Origin: Andalucia godoyi And28
Taxonomy: Eukaryota > Protista > Jakobida
Assembly (NCBI GenBank): GCA_009859145.1
Contig: VRVR01000056.1
Coordinates: 62,085-126,084, forward strand
Direction of reading: 5' to 3'
DNA length: 64,000 nucleotides
Of this stretch, positions 40,171 to 52,600 are shown piece by piece. The position numbers and the translations under genes are program-made. The first letter of the stretch is position 1, and the number at the start of each line of letters is the position of its first letter. The notes beneath the pieces were generated by a model. That model searched no databases. It had not been told where the DNA came from and saw only the letters and a list, made by a program, of their open reading frames with translations.

Positions 40171-41073
40171 TCACTGACCCTCGAGCCCGTACTGCTGGAG
40201 TATCCTTCGCTTCTTCGCATCCAACTCGGGATCCCGCACGAAGACCGTCTCTTCTCGGGCTCTTTTCCGTGCCACCTTCTTCTTCTTCTTCATGATCCTC
40301 TCTTCGACGAGCGGAGACGGATCAGAATGCAAAAGTATTTCAACATTCACCAAATCAGAGATGTATATGGTTTGCGGTTCCCGACGGCTGTCTACCATCT
40401 CCTGGAGCTCCACGGCGTCCGTTCCCTCATATGCAAGGCGGACAATATCTTTCAGCAGCTCGTTTTCTCCACACTGCTGGACAGCGACGGCGTCAACACC
40501 ATCAGGATGTATACTCTGAATGGTGTACACCGCGTAGTCTGCGTCCTCCGTGGGTCGAAAGCGGATCGTGTCTCCTGGACGAAGGCTGGCGGCATCGTCC
40601 ACACGAACGAATTGGTCGGACTCGTCATGCGCAGCAATTTCAAAGCGAATATTCTCAAGAACACTTTGAGGTTCCACGACCTGTGCTTTGCGCACTCGAC
40701 GACGATGACCACCTGACTTGGGAATCCTTGTGCCTCTACCAATGCTCAATTCATCATCATCGTTGTCATCATCGGCTCCTGTAATCACAAGCATCTGCGG
40801 ACGATCTGACATTGGCATGTCTGCAGGTCTCAGTTTGTAGCGTCCGTTGTCTCGGCACGCACGGACGGCAACATCCTCTGGATCGATCCGATACCCATCA
40901 TGTGTTTGAAAGATCCAGGAATTCGACTCGGATGATAATGCATGTCGACGCACGACACCGCGCACGAACTCCTCAATGCGCTCACGGCTGTCTTCATGAA
41001 CTGTGCACAGAACTTTGTAATACGGTCTTTTCCTCTCGCATGCATCATCGAACACTTTGATTTTGATGCGCAT
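40171..41073 (-). CDS. Coilin-like protein (N-terminal ubiquitin-like domain, acidic linker, Tudor-like C-terminal domain)
   Basis: MRIKIKVF...IEEFVRGVVRRHAL...HDGYRIDPED...DNGRYKL resembles the coilin N-domain; SLRPGDTIRFRP resembles the coilin Tudor-like domain. Recognised from memory only. Confidence 0.5.
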   Translation of the reverse strand: MRIKIKVFDDACERKRPYYKVLCTVHEDSRERIEEFVRGVVRRHALSSESNSWIFQTHDGYRIDPEDVAVRACRDNGRYKLRPADMPMSDRPQMLVITGADDDNDDDELSIGRGTRIPKSGGHRRRVRKAQVVEPQSVLENIRFEIAAHDESDQFVRVDDAASLRPGDTIRFRPTEDADYAVYTIQSIHPDGVDAVAVQQCGENELLKDIVRLAYEGTDAVELQEMVDSRREPQTIYISDLVNVEILLHSDPSPLVEERIMKKKKKVARKRAREETVFVRDPELDAKKRRILQQYGLEGQ

Positions 41074-41363
41074 TCTCCGTCAGCGGTCTGCAAACCACGC
41101 CGCAGCCCCCACTGGATAACGGTATCATGACAATATCGATGATGATAAAGAAGAGCATTGAACAGACAAGCACCGACGGGTGCTCTGGCTTCTGCACATG
41201 CACAAAACTACAAGAGGTGCGGTTACTGGGAGGAAATAAGAAGAAAGAATGCGATTTTATGTGTTTCAGTTTCTTTTTTTCTTTTTTTTTGATTATAAAA
41301 CTGAAAAAAAAAACAAAAAAACAAAGAGGAAAACAATAATAGAGAATGTGCTAATCTGCCTCA

Positions 41364-43253
41364 TTAACGACGACCGCCGCCACCGCCGTGAGAGAAAGGC
41401 TTGTTGACCTTCTGCGACCAGAACGGCTCGAAAGGAGGCTGGGACATCGGCGGTTCAAGGAGGAATCCGACAAGATTGTTTTCCTCATCCACAGAACTCG
41501 TGGTGCGTACTATACTTACACCAAGTTCCCAGCCGTTCAAAACCTCTGTTCGATCAGGTCCTGATCCATTGAGCTTTCCCCAGGAAGACCGCGTCAGCCC
41601 AGCAGACCCCATCATAACCCACCATGCCTTCTTGCCTGCAAAGGACGGATCGGCAGGGATCCAGACACACGCCATCACCCTACTCATCAGCGTCGTGCGC
41701 TGAGGGTTCGCCGATACGGCATGTAGGAAGAATCCGGTTGACAACAGTGGCCTGTTCTCGGGATCGACACCACACTGTTGGCGAAGTGGAGAATCCGGCG
41801 CGAGCAACTGAGATACATCGTGAAACGATGGCACGTAGATTCGAATGGCTTGGATAGGCTCGGGTAGCGTTCGGATCACGGATGCAAGAAGATCGTTTGT
41901 GTTTGGTTGCCCAAGTGGCCCTACCTTGGGACTTTGTACAACAAGAAAGAAATTTCCAGGAGTCGGGGTGCTGGAAATCAGCTGTGGAATTCTAGAAATC
42001 ACTCGTTCCTTCAAATGGTCCAGTCTTCCCAGCCCATACCACGAAGATCGAGGTCCGGAATGGGTACCGGGGACCGAGCACACAAGGTGAATTTGTGACT
42101 GGGGAGATGTGTACATGGAAAAATCGTAGGAACCGCTGTCAAGGACACGTGTTGCCCCAAGAATCGCATCCAAATCATCTCTTCCGGTTCTACTATTCGA
42201 CAGCGACCGAACCCAGGAGCCCAGATGCGCAAACCATTCGACCGGGGAATGCTGACCAGGACGGGATCCGCCAGTCATGCCGCCCGTCATATGCCCGTGG
42301 CTCACAGGAATGTCCGCAATCCACAGCGAATGCTGAATGGGGTTCGACTGCCCAGGCTGCGGAAAATCTGCAAACGACCATCCTCCCGTGCTTATTACCA
42401 CTCGAAGCCTATCATTGAACTGCAGCAGCAACAATCGCCCTTGCTGCTTCGGCGGCTCGTTTTGCGGACCTCGGCTTCCAAAACTTTGGCCAATATCAAT
42501 AATCTTCAAAGTGGGACCGGGGTTCGGGGTGTTTCTACCAAATCTATTTGCGACAAGGACCACATTGCACGTGACAGGCCCACCTTGAAACAGGACATTG
42601 GAGATCCAGTCTCCATCAATGTTGTACGACGCAGCAATGCACAGCCTCAACTCCGAACGAGGCTGCGACAGCTGAGAAATTGGAAACTGAGGAGTGAAGT
42701 ATAGTCTCGACCCATCAAACGGAACCGACGAGGCGCCCGCGTGCACCATGTGCAGCCCGGAAAGCGGAGGCGCTATCGAGTCACCAACAGCACCATCACC
42801 AACAGAACCAGCGCTCGAAGCAGTAATTTCAAGATGGAGCTGCGACAGCAAGATATCTGGGCCCACAGCTTCCCACACACATCGAACCGACCCGGTTCCA
42901 TATTTCAGAGGATTCTGGATATGCGTGGTGTTTGGAGGGACCCGCCAGATCGTGAAAGTCGAGTTCGCAAACAATGTTGCGCCTTGCAGAGTAGCCTGAA
43001 TAGGTCCAGAGCGCTGAAGCAGGATTCCAAGGTCTCTTCGCAACACCAAAATGGTTTGCGCGATTTCATCTGTTGTCGACAGAACCAGACGGTGCGACGT
43101 AGGTGTCGGCGCGTCATACGGGTAATGAAAGTGCCCAGCAATCACAACACTTCGATTGAAGGGTGACAGCCCCGTAGCGACCGTCCCGCTTGCATTATAG
43201 CTCGCAATCAGACTTTCAAAAAGCGGCGTCGCGTGCGCCACCGGATCTGCCAT
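41364..43253 (-). CDS. Tyrosyl-DNA phosphodiesterase 1 (TDP1)-like protein, predicted catalytically inactive
   Basis: LLLLQFNDRLRVVIST, YDFS...HLVCSVPGTH, YGLGRL, QSPKVGPL, IYVPSFHDV, WWVMMGSAGLTRSSWG and GWELGV follow TDP1 motif order. Both HxK..N motifs are substituted. ATG at 43253. Confidence 0.85.
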   Translation of the reverse strand: MADPVAHATPLFESLIASYNASGTVATGLSPFNRSVVIAGHFHYPYDAPTPTSHRLVLSTTDEIAQTILVLRRDLGILLQRSGPIQATLQGATLFANSTFTIWRVPPNTTHIQNPLKYGTGSVRCVWEAVGPDILLSQLHLEITASSAGSVGDGAVGDSIAPPLSGLHMVHAGASSVPFDGSRLYFTPQFPISQLSQPRSELRLCIAASYNIDGDWISNVLFQGGPVTCNVVLVANRFGRNTPNPGPTLKIIDIGQSFGSRGPQNEPPKQQGRLLLLQFNDRLRVVISTGGWSFADFPQPGQSNPIQHSLWIADIPVSHGHMTGGMTGGSRPGQHSPVEWFAHLGSWVRSLSNSRTGRDDLDAILGATRVLDSGSYDFSMYTSPQSQIHLVCSVPGTHSGPRSSWYGLGRLDHLKERVISRIPQLISSTPTPGNFFLVVQSPKVGPLGQPNTNDLLASVIRTLPEPIQAIRIYVPSFHDVSQLLAPDSPLRQQCGVDPENRPLLSTGFFLHAVSANPQRTTLMSRVMACVWIPADPSFAGKKAWWVMMGSAGLTRSSWGKLNGSGPDRTEVLNGWELGVSIVRTTSSVDEENNLVGFLLEPPMSQPPFEPFWSQKVNKPFSHGGGGGRR

Positions 43254-43680
43254 GGGAATTATGAAGCAGGCACACAAGAATATGCAGCCCAAATAACACA
43301 AGACAAGACAAAGTAATAAAATAATAATAATAATTAGAAAACAATCAAACAACAACAACAACCAAAAACAAAACAAAACAAAACAATAAACGAGAAAAAC
43401 CCAGAAACGAAAGCGATAAGCAGAAATGCAAAAAAGAAAAAGCTGAAGAAAGAGTCGCGGACAGCACTCACTCAATGGAAGACTGTAGTTGTTGGAGTTG
43501 TGTGTTGTGCGAATGGTGCGTGTCTTGGAGGTGTTTTTTGCAATGGCAGAAGGCAGATAGGGTCCGTTTTGGTGGTACGTGTATTTTTGAGCTTGCGGAT
43601 CGACAGGACAGAAGGGAATAGCGGAAAAGAACCGAGTAATGTATACGTATGCTGAAAATAAAAAAGTACATTGAGATCGA

Positions 43681-46600
43681 TTAATATACAGGACGGAACT
43701 CCCACGTGACAACAAACCCATCTTCATCACCTGTTGCGATGTGGACGTGGTCATCGTGGACTGCAATTGAGCGAATTGGCGAATGGTGCTGCACATCAAG
43801 CTCGGACAAGACGGACAGATCCTCCAACGACAAGATCATGACTCCGCCGTCTTCGCGACCAACAAATAGAACATTTTCGTGCACACCCTCTACGGCGTGG
43901 GTGAACTGAAGGCAAGAAACACAAGGTTCGTCATGCCAACCGCGACGTGCAAGAAATGCGCCGTTCAAACTCCATAGAACCAGTTCCCGGGCTTCGACAT
44001 CTCCAACCACTGCCGGAGAGCTGTAGAACGCACAGATCTCTCCAGATCCTTCACAAACAGCAATCGACGTCACAGTAAGCGACGACCAGGAGCGATGGCC
44101 CATTCGGCGACGAATGCACCGGTGCGTCGTGTCGAACAACACAACGGAACCATCCGAGGTACCCATGACCAGGACATACAAGGATTCCGCGAAAACCATG
44201 CAGGAAACGGCACCACAAGAAACACTGAAAGAGTCCAAAAACGAAATTGCAGAGGGCCCGTGAGACCCATAAGAAACGGAGTAAATCTGCATTTCGCCGC
44301 TGGCCAAACCAACATAAAGCAGCATCCCAGAAGGATGCACGCACACGCAAGTGATGGAATCACTCGAGACGACCCATGGGGCAAGAGAAGACGCAATAAC
44401 AAGCCGTCCATTTTCCGCATTCCAAACTTTAACTCGTGCCAAATCGTTAAGGTGGTCCCATCCGACAACGTAGCAAGATGCAGCAATCGTCGGAGGAAGG
44501 ATGGACACGGATTCGGCATGGTAATACGGAGCATCTTCTTTCGATGAATTGCTCGAACCGTCGTCTGCACTACTTCCCGATGCTGGGTATGTTCGGCGAC
44601 CACCCGTAGAACCTGCAGTTGAGTGGATGGATGGGTGCACAGAACCAGAAAGCGGGTTCACAAACGGGAGATTCCGGAAAAAGAAAGGCAGGTGCGTTGG
44701 AACGTGACCCTGATACACGATGTGCGGCGTCGGGGACTCGTTGTAGGGATAGTAGAGAGAATAGGGAGATGCCAGGACTGCAGAGGACATGCCAATCTGG
44801 TTCGCAGACACTGCGGTCAGAGGCGGCGGATTGGAGTATGCGCGCAACATGGCGGGAGAGTTCGACACGCCATACGCAACCGGGGCAGCAGTAGATGACG
44901 ATGCTAATGCAGCCTCCAGAGACATGGACTGGAGCAATGCAGCCGTGGACGAAGCAATCGGCTCTTCCGGGGAGACTGCAAATGCTGGGAAAGGAACAGA
45001 AACTTGCGGAGCATACCCATTTGGATTGACAATTCCTGTGGCAGCAAAGGCAACGTCCAAGAAGCGCGAGGATATTGACATCGGCATCGGACTAGCCAAT
45101 TCCCGAGCCGTCTTCTGCGTATCCACAGTCTGGGACAAAACGATTTCATCCGCAGAAAACACATTCAAATTCGGAAGATCGTATTCGGACGCAAAGAGGC
45201 AAGAATATTTGAGTTCCGATCCATTGCTCGAGCCAACGTTCAGCAGATTCTTTTCTGGTTGCAGAGACGAAGTCGACGCACCGTCTTCAACCAGGACAGG
45301 ATACGATGCAACAAACAGCAGAGCCCGACCGGGGCCCAAAGCAGCGATGGGAAACGGTTCGCGGACATGGCTCTTTCTTTTGGATTTCGGAGATCGGGGA
45401 GCGAAGTTCATACCAGGCGTTTCCGACTGTGCGGAAAACAAGGAGAAATCAGAAATGGTCGACATTGTCTCGTCTCGATCATCTTCGTCATCTGTGGTAA
45501 AGTCAGTACGACCATTTGCCTTTGAGGCAGGAGATGCAAATTCTGGTTGCGACGGCGAAGATGATGGAATACCAAAAGCTTTGAATGGAGACACTTTGAC
45601 CGAGTCTGAATTCATAGTTTTTGAGGGAGAGGTAGTATCGCTGCTACCAGCAGCAGTTGCAGCAGCAATAGCAGCCGTAATTGAAATTTCTAATGCATGA
45701 TCCATCAACGATTCGTCGTAATCCGGCTCGCACCACATGGTGTTGGACGACCACGCAACCCCCGTCGACTTTGGGCAGACAATACGACTCACCGCGCCGG
45801 TTCCAAAGCGCAACATACAAACGGGCTCCGATCGCTGCGATGCACAAATGGGACGCACAACCCAGTTCCGAATTCGGGAAGTGTGTGAGACCAACATTTC
45901 AATCAGCGGCGAGGATATGGCAAATCTTTTGCGCAGTGGATGGTGATCCCGGAACAGTTGCGGCGGCATCTGGCCATAATTCTCCACTTGCGTCAGCACC
46001 GCCTCTCGCTCCACATGGTCTCTGCACGCATTGATATCCTTAAACCCAGCATACGAAACCGGATGGAATATATTGAATCTGCGCAGCGCTTCCTGACCAG
46101 CCATCGCAGGGCCCCACATCAAATCAATCCAAGCAGGCAGTGCATACTGGACTTGCGACGCTTCCAGAGCCGCACGATGCTGTCGAACAAACAGCCGAGC
46201 ATCAAAGCGAGCCCACGGAGGAAGTTCGACAGAGTCGATGCACAACGATGCGTCTTTGTCGGGGTCCGCAGACAGATGCGGAATTCGCAAGGCATTCTCA
46301 TTGTAGAACATCTCCCACAAATAGAAAAGGTCCGGAATCTGTTCTCTCACCTCTGATCTGGAAGTAGACGACGCACTCACCCACGATACCTCCATGCTGC
46401 GGAAAACGCGATTCGCCGCATCCATGTGATGATCGTTCATTTCGTAAAACAGGTAAGAATGCGGCTCGCTTCGTACCAAATAGTGAAGAGTTGTACCGCG
46501 AGGCATGTAGTGGGTTCCATATATGAAAGGAGGATTATCGGCACCATCCCGGTCCATCTCGACAAGGGACAAAAACCGATTCAAAAAGAATCGCAACCTC

Positions 46601-49600
46601 TCTGGATCTGTGGCGCCCATAGATCTCGTTAAATCACGGAAGGCTACTCCACCACCCGGCAGCGCAATGTGTTCAAAGTCGCTGGCGTCGCGTTCGCCAT
46701 TCCTCGGAGGAGGTGGCGGCGCCGCAGAATCCGAAAAGGACTCGGGATGCAAACTGGATACAAACGGTGGCGAGTGAGTTTGAAATGACGCCAAAACATG
46801 TGGTAATACAGGATACTGCGTTGGATCGCACCACGAACGTCCAGCGAGAGTATTCAAAATCATCAGATACTCCCAGTTTGAAACACATCCAGCACACCAA
46901 CGAGCAGCAACCTGTACCAACGCATCCCTCCAATTATGCGACAGCCACCACTGCGAAAAAGAAGTCAGCGAAACTTGAGAGGAAGATGCATTGAGGTTGA
47001 GCACCGATGACCGATCCAGCAATAGTGTCGCGCCACCGTGTTTGGAGGTAACCGCAGCGTCTTCTTGTTGCTTCGGCACACCATCCGGTGACGTCTGTTG
47101 CCCTTCACCATCTGCAAAAGCCTGCACTTGGTCAAGCAAGTCCTTGGGCAGCATGTGCCACTGGCGAGGATCCGGCATGGATGGCGGAGGGTGGTCCGTC
47201 GAATTGGAGGGAAATGAGGACACAGATGCCGGCGCCCACATATCCATGAAGATAACCAAAATCCGAAGCACATTTTCTCTTTCCACTGAAGACGGAAATG
47301 AAAAGAACACCGTATCTCCAGAGCACAGAAACAATTCTACAGCGCAATCCTGCAACAGATGCCTGCGACGCATTGCAGCAGACAACGCAAGGTAATCCGT
47401 CACAAACGGTTTTGCATCGTCCACAGATGAGTAGAATGGGAAGATGACTTCTGCTTCCATCTCAGCTTCAAGATTCGAAATATCCTGCAGTCCGTCATCC
47501 GGCAAAGGGGACGATTGGGATTGGTTCACAGACATATTACTGTACGAAGCTGGATAAACGGACGACGTGGAAGTCGAGAGGAAACTGGAATTGCCAAACG
47601 TGCTTCCACCAAACGTTGAAACGGATCTTGATCGTTGATTCTGCGTTTTTCTGCGCAGCGGCACGCGGCCTGACGGGAAAAAGTTGATGCGTTTCGACGT
47701 CAGGAAGAGCTCTCCTTCATATGCTCCAGCAGGCGTAACCATCTGACACACGATGCTGTAATGGCGGACTTCCCCATTTGCCAATGGAATGTGAGGCGGC
47801 AGAGAAAAGGACTCGAGGGGGCCTGAAAACTGTGAAAGGGTCTCTGAAATCTGTCGAACCGCTGATCCAATACATGGGGCTGCGCCAAAGGAAAGAGGGT
47901 TGAATGGAGAAATGCAGACCAGGTTCTCAAGTTGGGCCCATCGACTGTCTTTCTCCGAAAGCTTGGGGTACGACACCGTCTTTGGTGCCACGACGGTCGG
48001 AGAAAACACGGACATCATCGACAAGTGGGCAGCGCAACAAGAAGCCACAAATTGCGACGATGCAAACATCAGGTGATCCGAATGCGAAGATACCATTTCG
48101 AAGGAGGCATTAAGTGAACAAAAGGCGATCCCTGCCGGATCGTCGGCCTTGCATGAACGGACGACAAATTCGTACCGATCATGCTGTTTGATAAACGGAC
48201 GAGTTCTGAGAGGACCTTCCCGAGTATCGATGACTTGGGTAACGAGCTTTCTCAAGTATTTGACAACAGGAAGCCGTTCAGCACAGCATTCAAACACCGC
48301 GGATCCACCGGAAAAGGCGCTGCAAATAGGATGTGAGAACAAATGATGCATCACGGGGAGGGATAACGGACGATGGAGTGGAGTCGGGCGAGCAGAAGAC
48401 AGCGACACAACAGAAGGAAACGCCCGCAGGTCCCCTTCAGAGGGATCAATGAAGTAGGGTTGTGAGGCGACGCTTTTCTCAAGAGGATGGGCACAGGCTT
48501 CCAAGCTCCAGAAGGAAGGATCAAACACGTTTCCGGACGACGAAAGCAAAGCAACCCGTTGCTGATACACATTTCGAACCATGGAGAGGAATCGCTCGTA
48601 TTCCTTCATGTACATCACGAAAGGCTTTTGAATCTGAGAAGATTTTGACAGATGTTCCGTGTAAATCACGTTCAGGCGAGGTAGCACAACCTGGGAGATC
48701 GTCCGATCCCGTACAGACAGTGACTGACTGAGCTTCGTCAAACGTTTCACTCGGCTGTGCAAAGCAGATTTCTTGATGTTTTTTTCAAAGTATTTTGGAA
48801 TGTCCTTTTCCAGCCTAGGATTAAGAAAGGAGCGACGATCCACATCTGCCAACTGAGCGAAGAAATCAAAAAAGGTCTCATCTGCGGGGACATCATGGTG
48901 AATGGATACGATCTCGTCCCCCGGCCTTTGATCTCCAGCTGCCTGGCCATTTGCAACATGCACGGAATCCACTCCGTTCTCATCCGGGAAATAATCTTCA
49001 TTCTCCGGAACGGTGCCTCCATGCTCTTCTTTCTTTCCTGAAGGAGACAGCCCGGGATATCCTTCTAACAAAGACAAGAGTGGCTGCGGGATCTGGCAGA
49101 CAGCTCGGACAAAAGACTTGTTGGTTTGGAAAAGCCTGGTCCACAGGGACCGAGCCGTTCGAATGGCCTTTTCGCTCGTCTTCTCGCTGGGCACCGCAAT
49201 CAACACTTCTGATGAATAATACATAAGAGACCGAACAAATCCGCCGTCTTTCAGAGCAAACGAAAAAAACTTGTCGTCGCGCAACAGCGAAAATGCACAC
49301 AGCAAAAACCCTGGCTCACGGGCAACAGGAGAAACAGGCATCTTTTGCAGAACTAGCAAAATAAGGATCCTCATGGAGGCAAAGACCGATTCCGTTGAAA
49401 ACGGAACCGGAATATGACACATGAGAATGAGACGCGCCAAAAGACTGAACGTTACAGACTTGCAGAATATATACGGGTAGAGAAACGACAAGATGGGAGA
49501 ATTTCGTGGATCAGGGATGTCAAAGTGCAAAAGCGTGGCGGAAAAATCAGGAGCAGGCGACAGAGCAGGCTCGTCGGAGAAACCTTCCGACCCTTCTCCT

Positions 49601-52600
49601 TCTGGAGCATCGGCAACAGAGTCGTCCAGAGACCAGCTGGAAGGCGACATCCCACGAGAACCAAATAAACGAGCAGGAAGATCCCGACCAGTGTTCAGAA
49701 TGCAGAAGTACTCTGTAATGTACTGCGTCACACACGCCGAAACGGGAATGAAAACTTTCAACAGAAGTTGATAGTAGCGCACAACTTCCACTTTTGCAAA
49801 AGCGCGGAATTCGTCGTTCTGACCTTTCTGAACGTTGCTTAACGATGCCAAAAATTGATTATGACTTGGAAGTGAAGACGCGAAAGCGCCTACCGATATT
49901 CCCATTTCGGGAACGGAGCCTGCGTCGGAGCTCGAATCATCCGTCGTGCCCATCAAACTCGACAGCCGCAGGTCCAGAGACGACAAGATGTTACTCAAGA
50001 TGATTTCCTGCGCTTCCAAAGGTTGCATAGCAGACTTGTGGCTGGAGATCAAATCCAACACTGCCTCGAGTGTTTCGATGCTTTTTGAAATCTCGCTTTC
50101 GACGGCATCCAAACTACAAGCAATGCGAATGAGATATTCACTCAATTCAGACAAGAATGAAACTGCAGTTGAACGCAGAGTCCTCTCCGCGGAAGACGGA
50201 AACGCCATGGAAAAACAGCCATTCACGACGGTCGACAGAAACGCAATATCACAGAATGCTTCGAGAATCGGTTTCGCCGATGCGGCAGACACAAAGAAGG
50301 ATGAATCAACGGGAGTCGAAGAAACTGGAACGACCGAGGCTGCAGCGATGCGAAGAGTTTGACGGAGAATCTCAAGAATTTTCTGAGCAAGTGTCCGATC
50401 CCGACAGATTGGAAGCAAAGACACCAACATGCGGAGCTGTTGGTGATTTTCAATTGACCGAAGCGTCCTCAGCACGATGTCCAACACACTGGGAACATCC
50501 AGACCAAACGTAATCGTGGCATTGGAGGGGAAAGAGGAATACATGGGAACTTCTCTGTACAAATGCATGCTTGAGAACGGCAGATATTGCGAGGACACGC
50601 TTGGAGAGAACATCATCTGCGCAAACATCAAGACATCCGGAGCTTCGCATTCTTGAATTGCTGTTGCGTAAACATGAATGATATGGTCGAAGATGGCAAG
50701 TCGCTCACACTCTTCTTGGAATCGTTTGCAAGATCTTCCAACGTGAATCATCTCGAGAACTTTCATGCGCATCAAGGAAGACCAAGTATAATTCATCAGC
50801 GCAGGACACCGTGCGTTGCCATCGTCTTCTGGCCGTTCCCTCAGTGCAGCCACCCATGATGGAGGCTCGTAGCGCGAGTAAAATTCATCCACAACAGCAA
50901 AAAACAAACTTTTCGACGCCGAAAAGCGAAAAGATACAATCCTTTTCAGCAGGAGATCGAGGAGATGAAAGCGCAGGGCAAAACTCAACGGCTTCACGTA
51001 CAGTGCGATATCAGCGATGGAGCACAGGAGAGCCAACATGTGCAACGGGATGGAGGGGACACCAGGCAACGTTGTCGTGACTTCGACCACCGACAGCACA
51101 GAGGCCACTAAATTGACAATGTCAGGAACAAGAACATCTGCAACAACAGGTGGAAAATAATGCCACTCAACGATCATTGAAATGAATGAGCGGAAAGAAT
51201 CAGACTCCACCCATTGCCACAGCCCAAAGGGATCCGACTTGAACGACAAAACGAGCCGTGAGAGCCGGTCGAGATGATATTTCGTGGTGGATGTGCTACA
51301 CCGCTTCCAGAGATTTGATGAAAACATGACCAGCCTAAACGCTAACGGATCCCCAGAGCAGTAGTCCCAAAGAGCATCGACGAATGCTGGCGAACATTGC
51401 GGAGCAAACCTCTCCCCAAGAATTACATTCAGCACTGCATCGCCCTGAACTTCATGCCATTCCCGAGAAAAAGAGGAACGATGAATACGCAAAGCGGACA
51501 CAAGTTTCAGAATGCAAGTTAACCGTTCGACATCCGTGGTTCTCCCAATCAGCGTGACCACATGATCGGCTCGGATCTGCACTGGAAGCGGGCGACGGAC
51601 AATCTTTCTGATCACTGGTGAGAGAACAGCGGGGATCGTGATCCACTGTTGCAGCATACTCCGTGAAGGGGATCCTGACAACTTGGATTCCTTTTCTGAT
51701 CCCTGCGAGACCTTTGCAGCAGAGGAAGCCTTTTCCAAATTCTTGGACGGAGAGGAGGGAACACCTTGGGAAGTATTACCAGATTCGGAGAACGACGCAT
51801 TTGGCAATGTCAACCTTCGCAGGACGCTTCCTGTGTCCGTGATCCACAGAGACAGCTTTTCGGACAGAGAAACCAGAGGCTTATCCAACACCGACAGCCA
51901 ACCTACAAATGGAGGAGTCCATGGAAATTTCTCTTCCGACACCAAAATTCGAAGGATATCATTTGACAAATTGTGCGTCGAGAGCGCAGACAGCAGCGAG
52001 TGCGCACTGAACGACCCGCGATACGAGGGTCCAATCCAATTCAGCACGCAGCATTCCAGCGGGGTCAGCACATAGTCGTACAGTCGAGCCTGGGACATCG
52101 GGATTCCGACAGCACCACAACCAATCGATCGGATAGTAGTCGATGTGTATCCCCAAAAACGATGGGAGTGAACCGTGGGATACGGGATGGCTACCTTCGG
52201 TAACGGCTTTCCATCGAGATGGACAGCCAGGAAGCCAGCATCCGTCTCCGCCTCCGGCAGCTGATTCTTGAGCAACCTTTTAAGAACACGGGCATCGGGT
52301 CCATGGTGAGAGACACAGAGGTGCACCCACGATTCACTGTACAGATCATCGAGTGAGGGAGGCAATGCAACCTTGGCCGAAAACGAATCCTCATTCGGTC
52401 GATGCATCATCATGCTTTTGCCGACATTGAGCAAGAAAACAAGGGACATTGTCCCATTTGCAGTTCTTTCGACGGAAACGGCAACGGAGCAGAAGTCTTC
52501 ACGCTTGCCGTGTTCGTTAACGATTGACAGAATCATCCAGCGTCCTTCATGCCGGGGCAGGCACAAATGGCAATCGAATGCCCAGCCATTGGATGGGGGT

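Noticed and set aside
44789-45700. 303-aa plus-strand ORF and other long ORFs opposite the BEACH gene
   Set aside because: Antisense shadows of a well-supported CDS.
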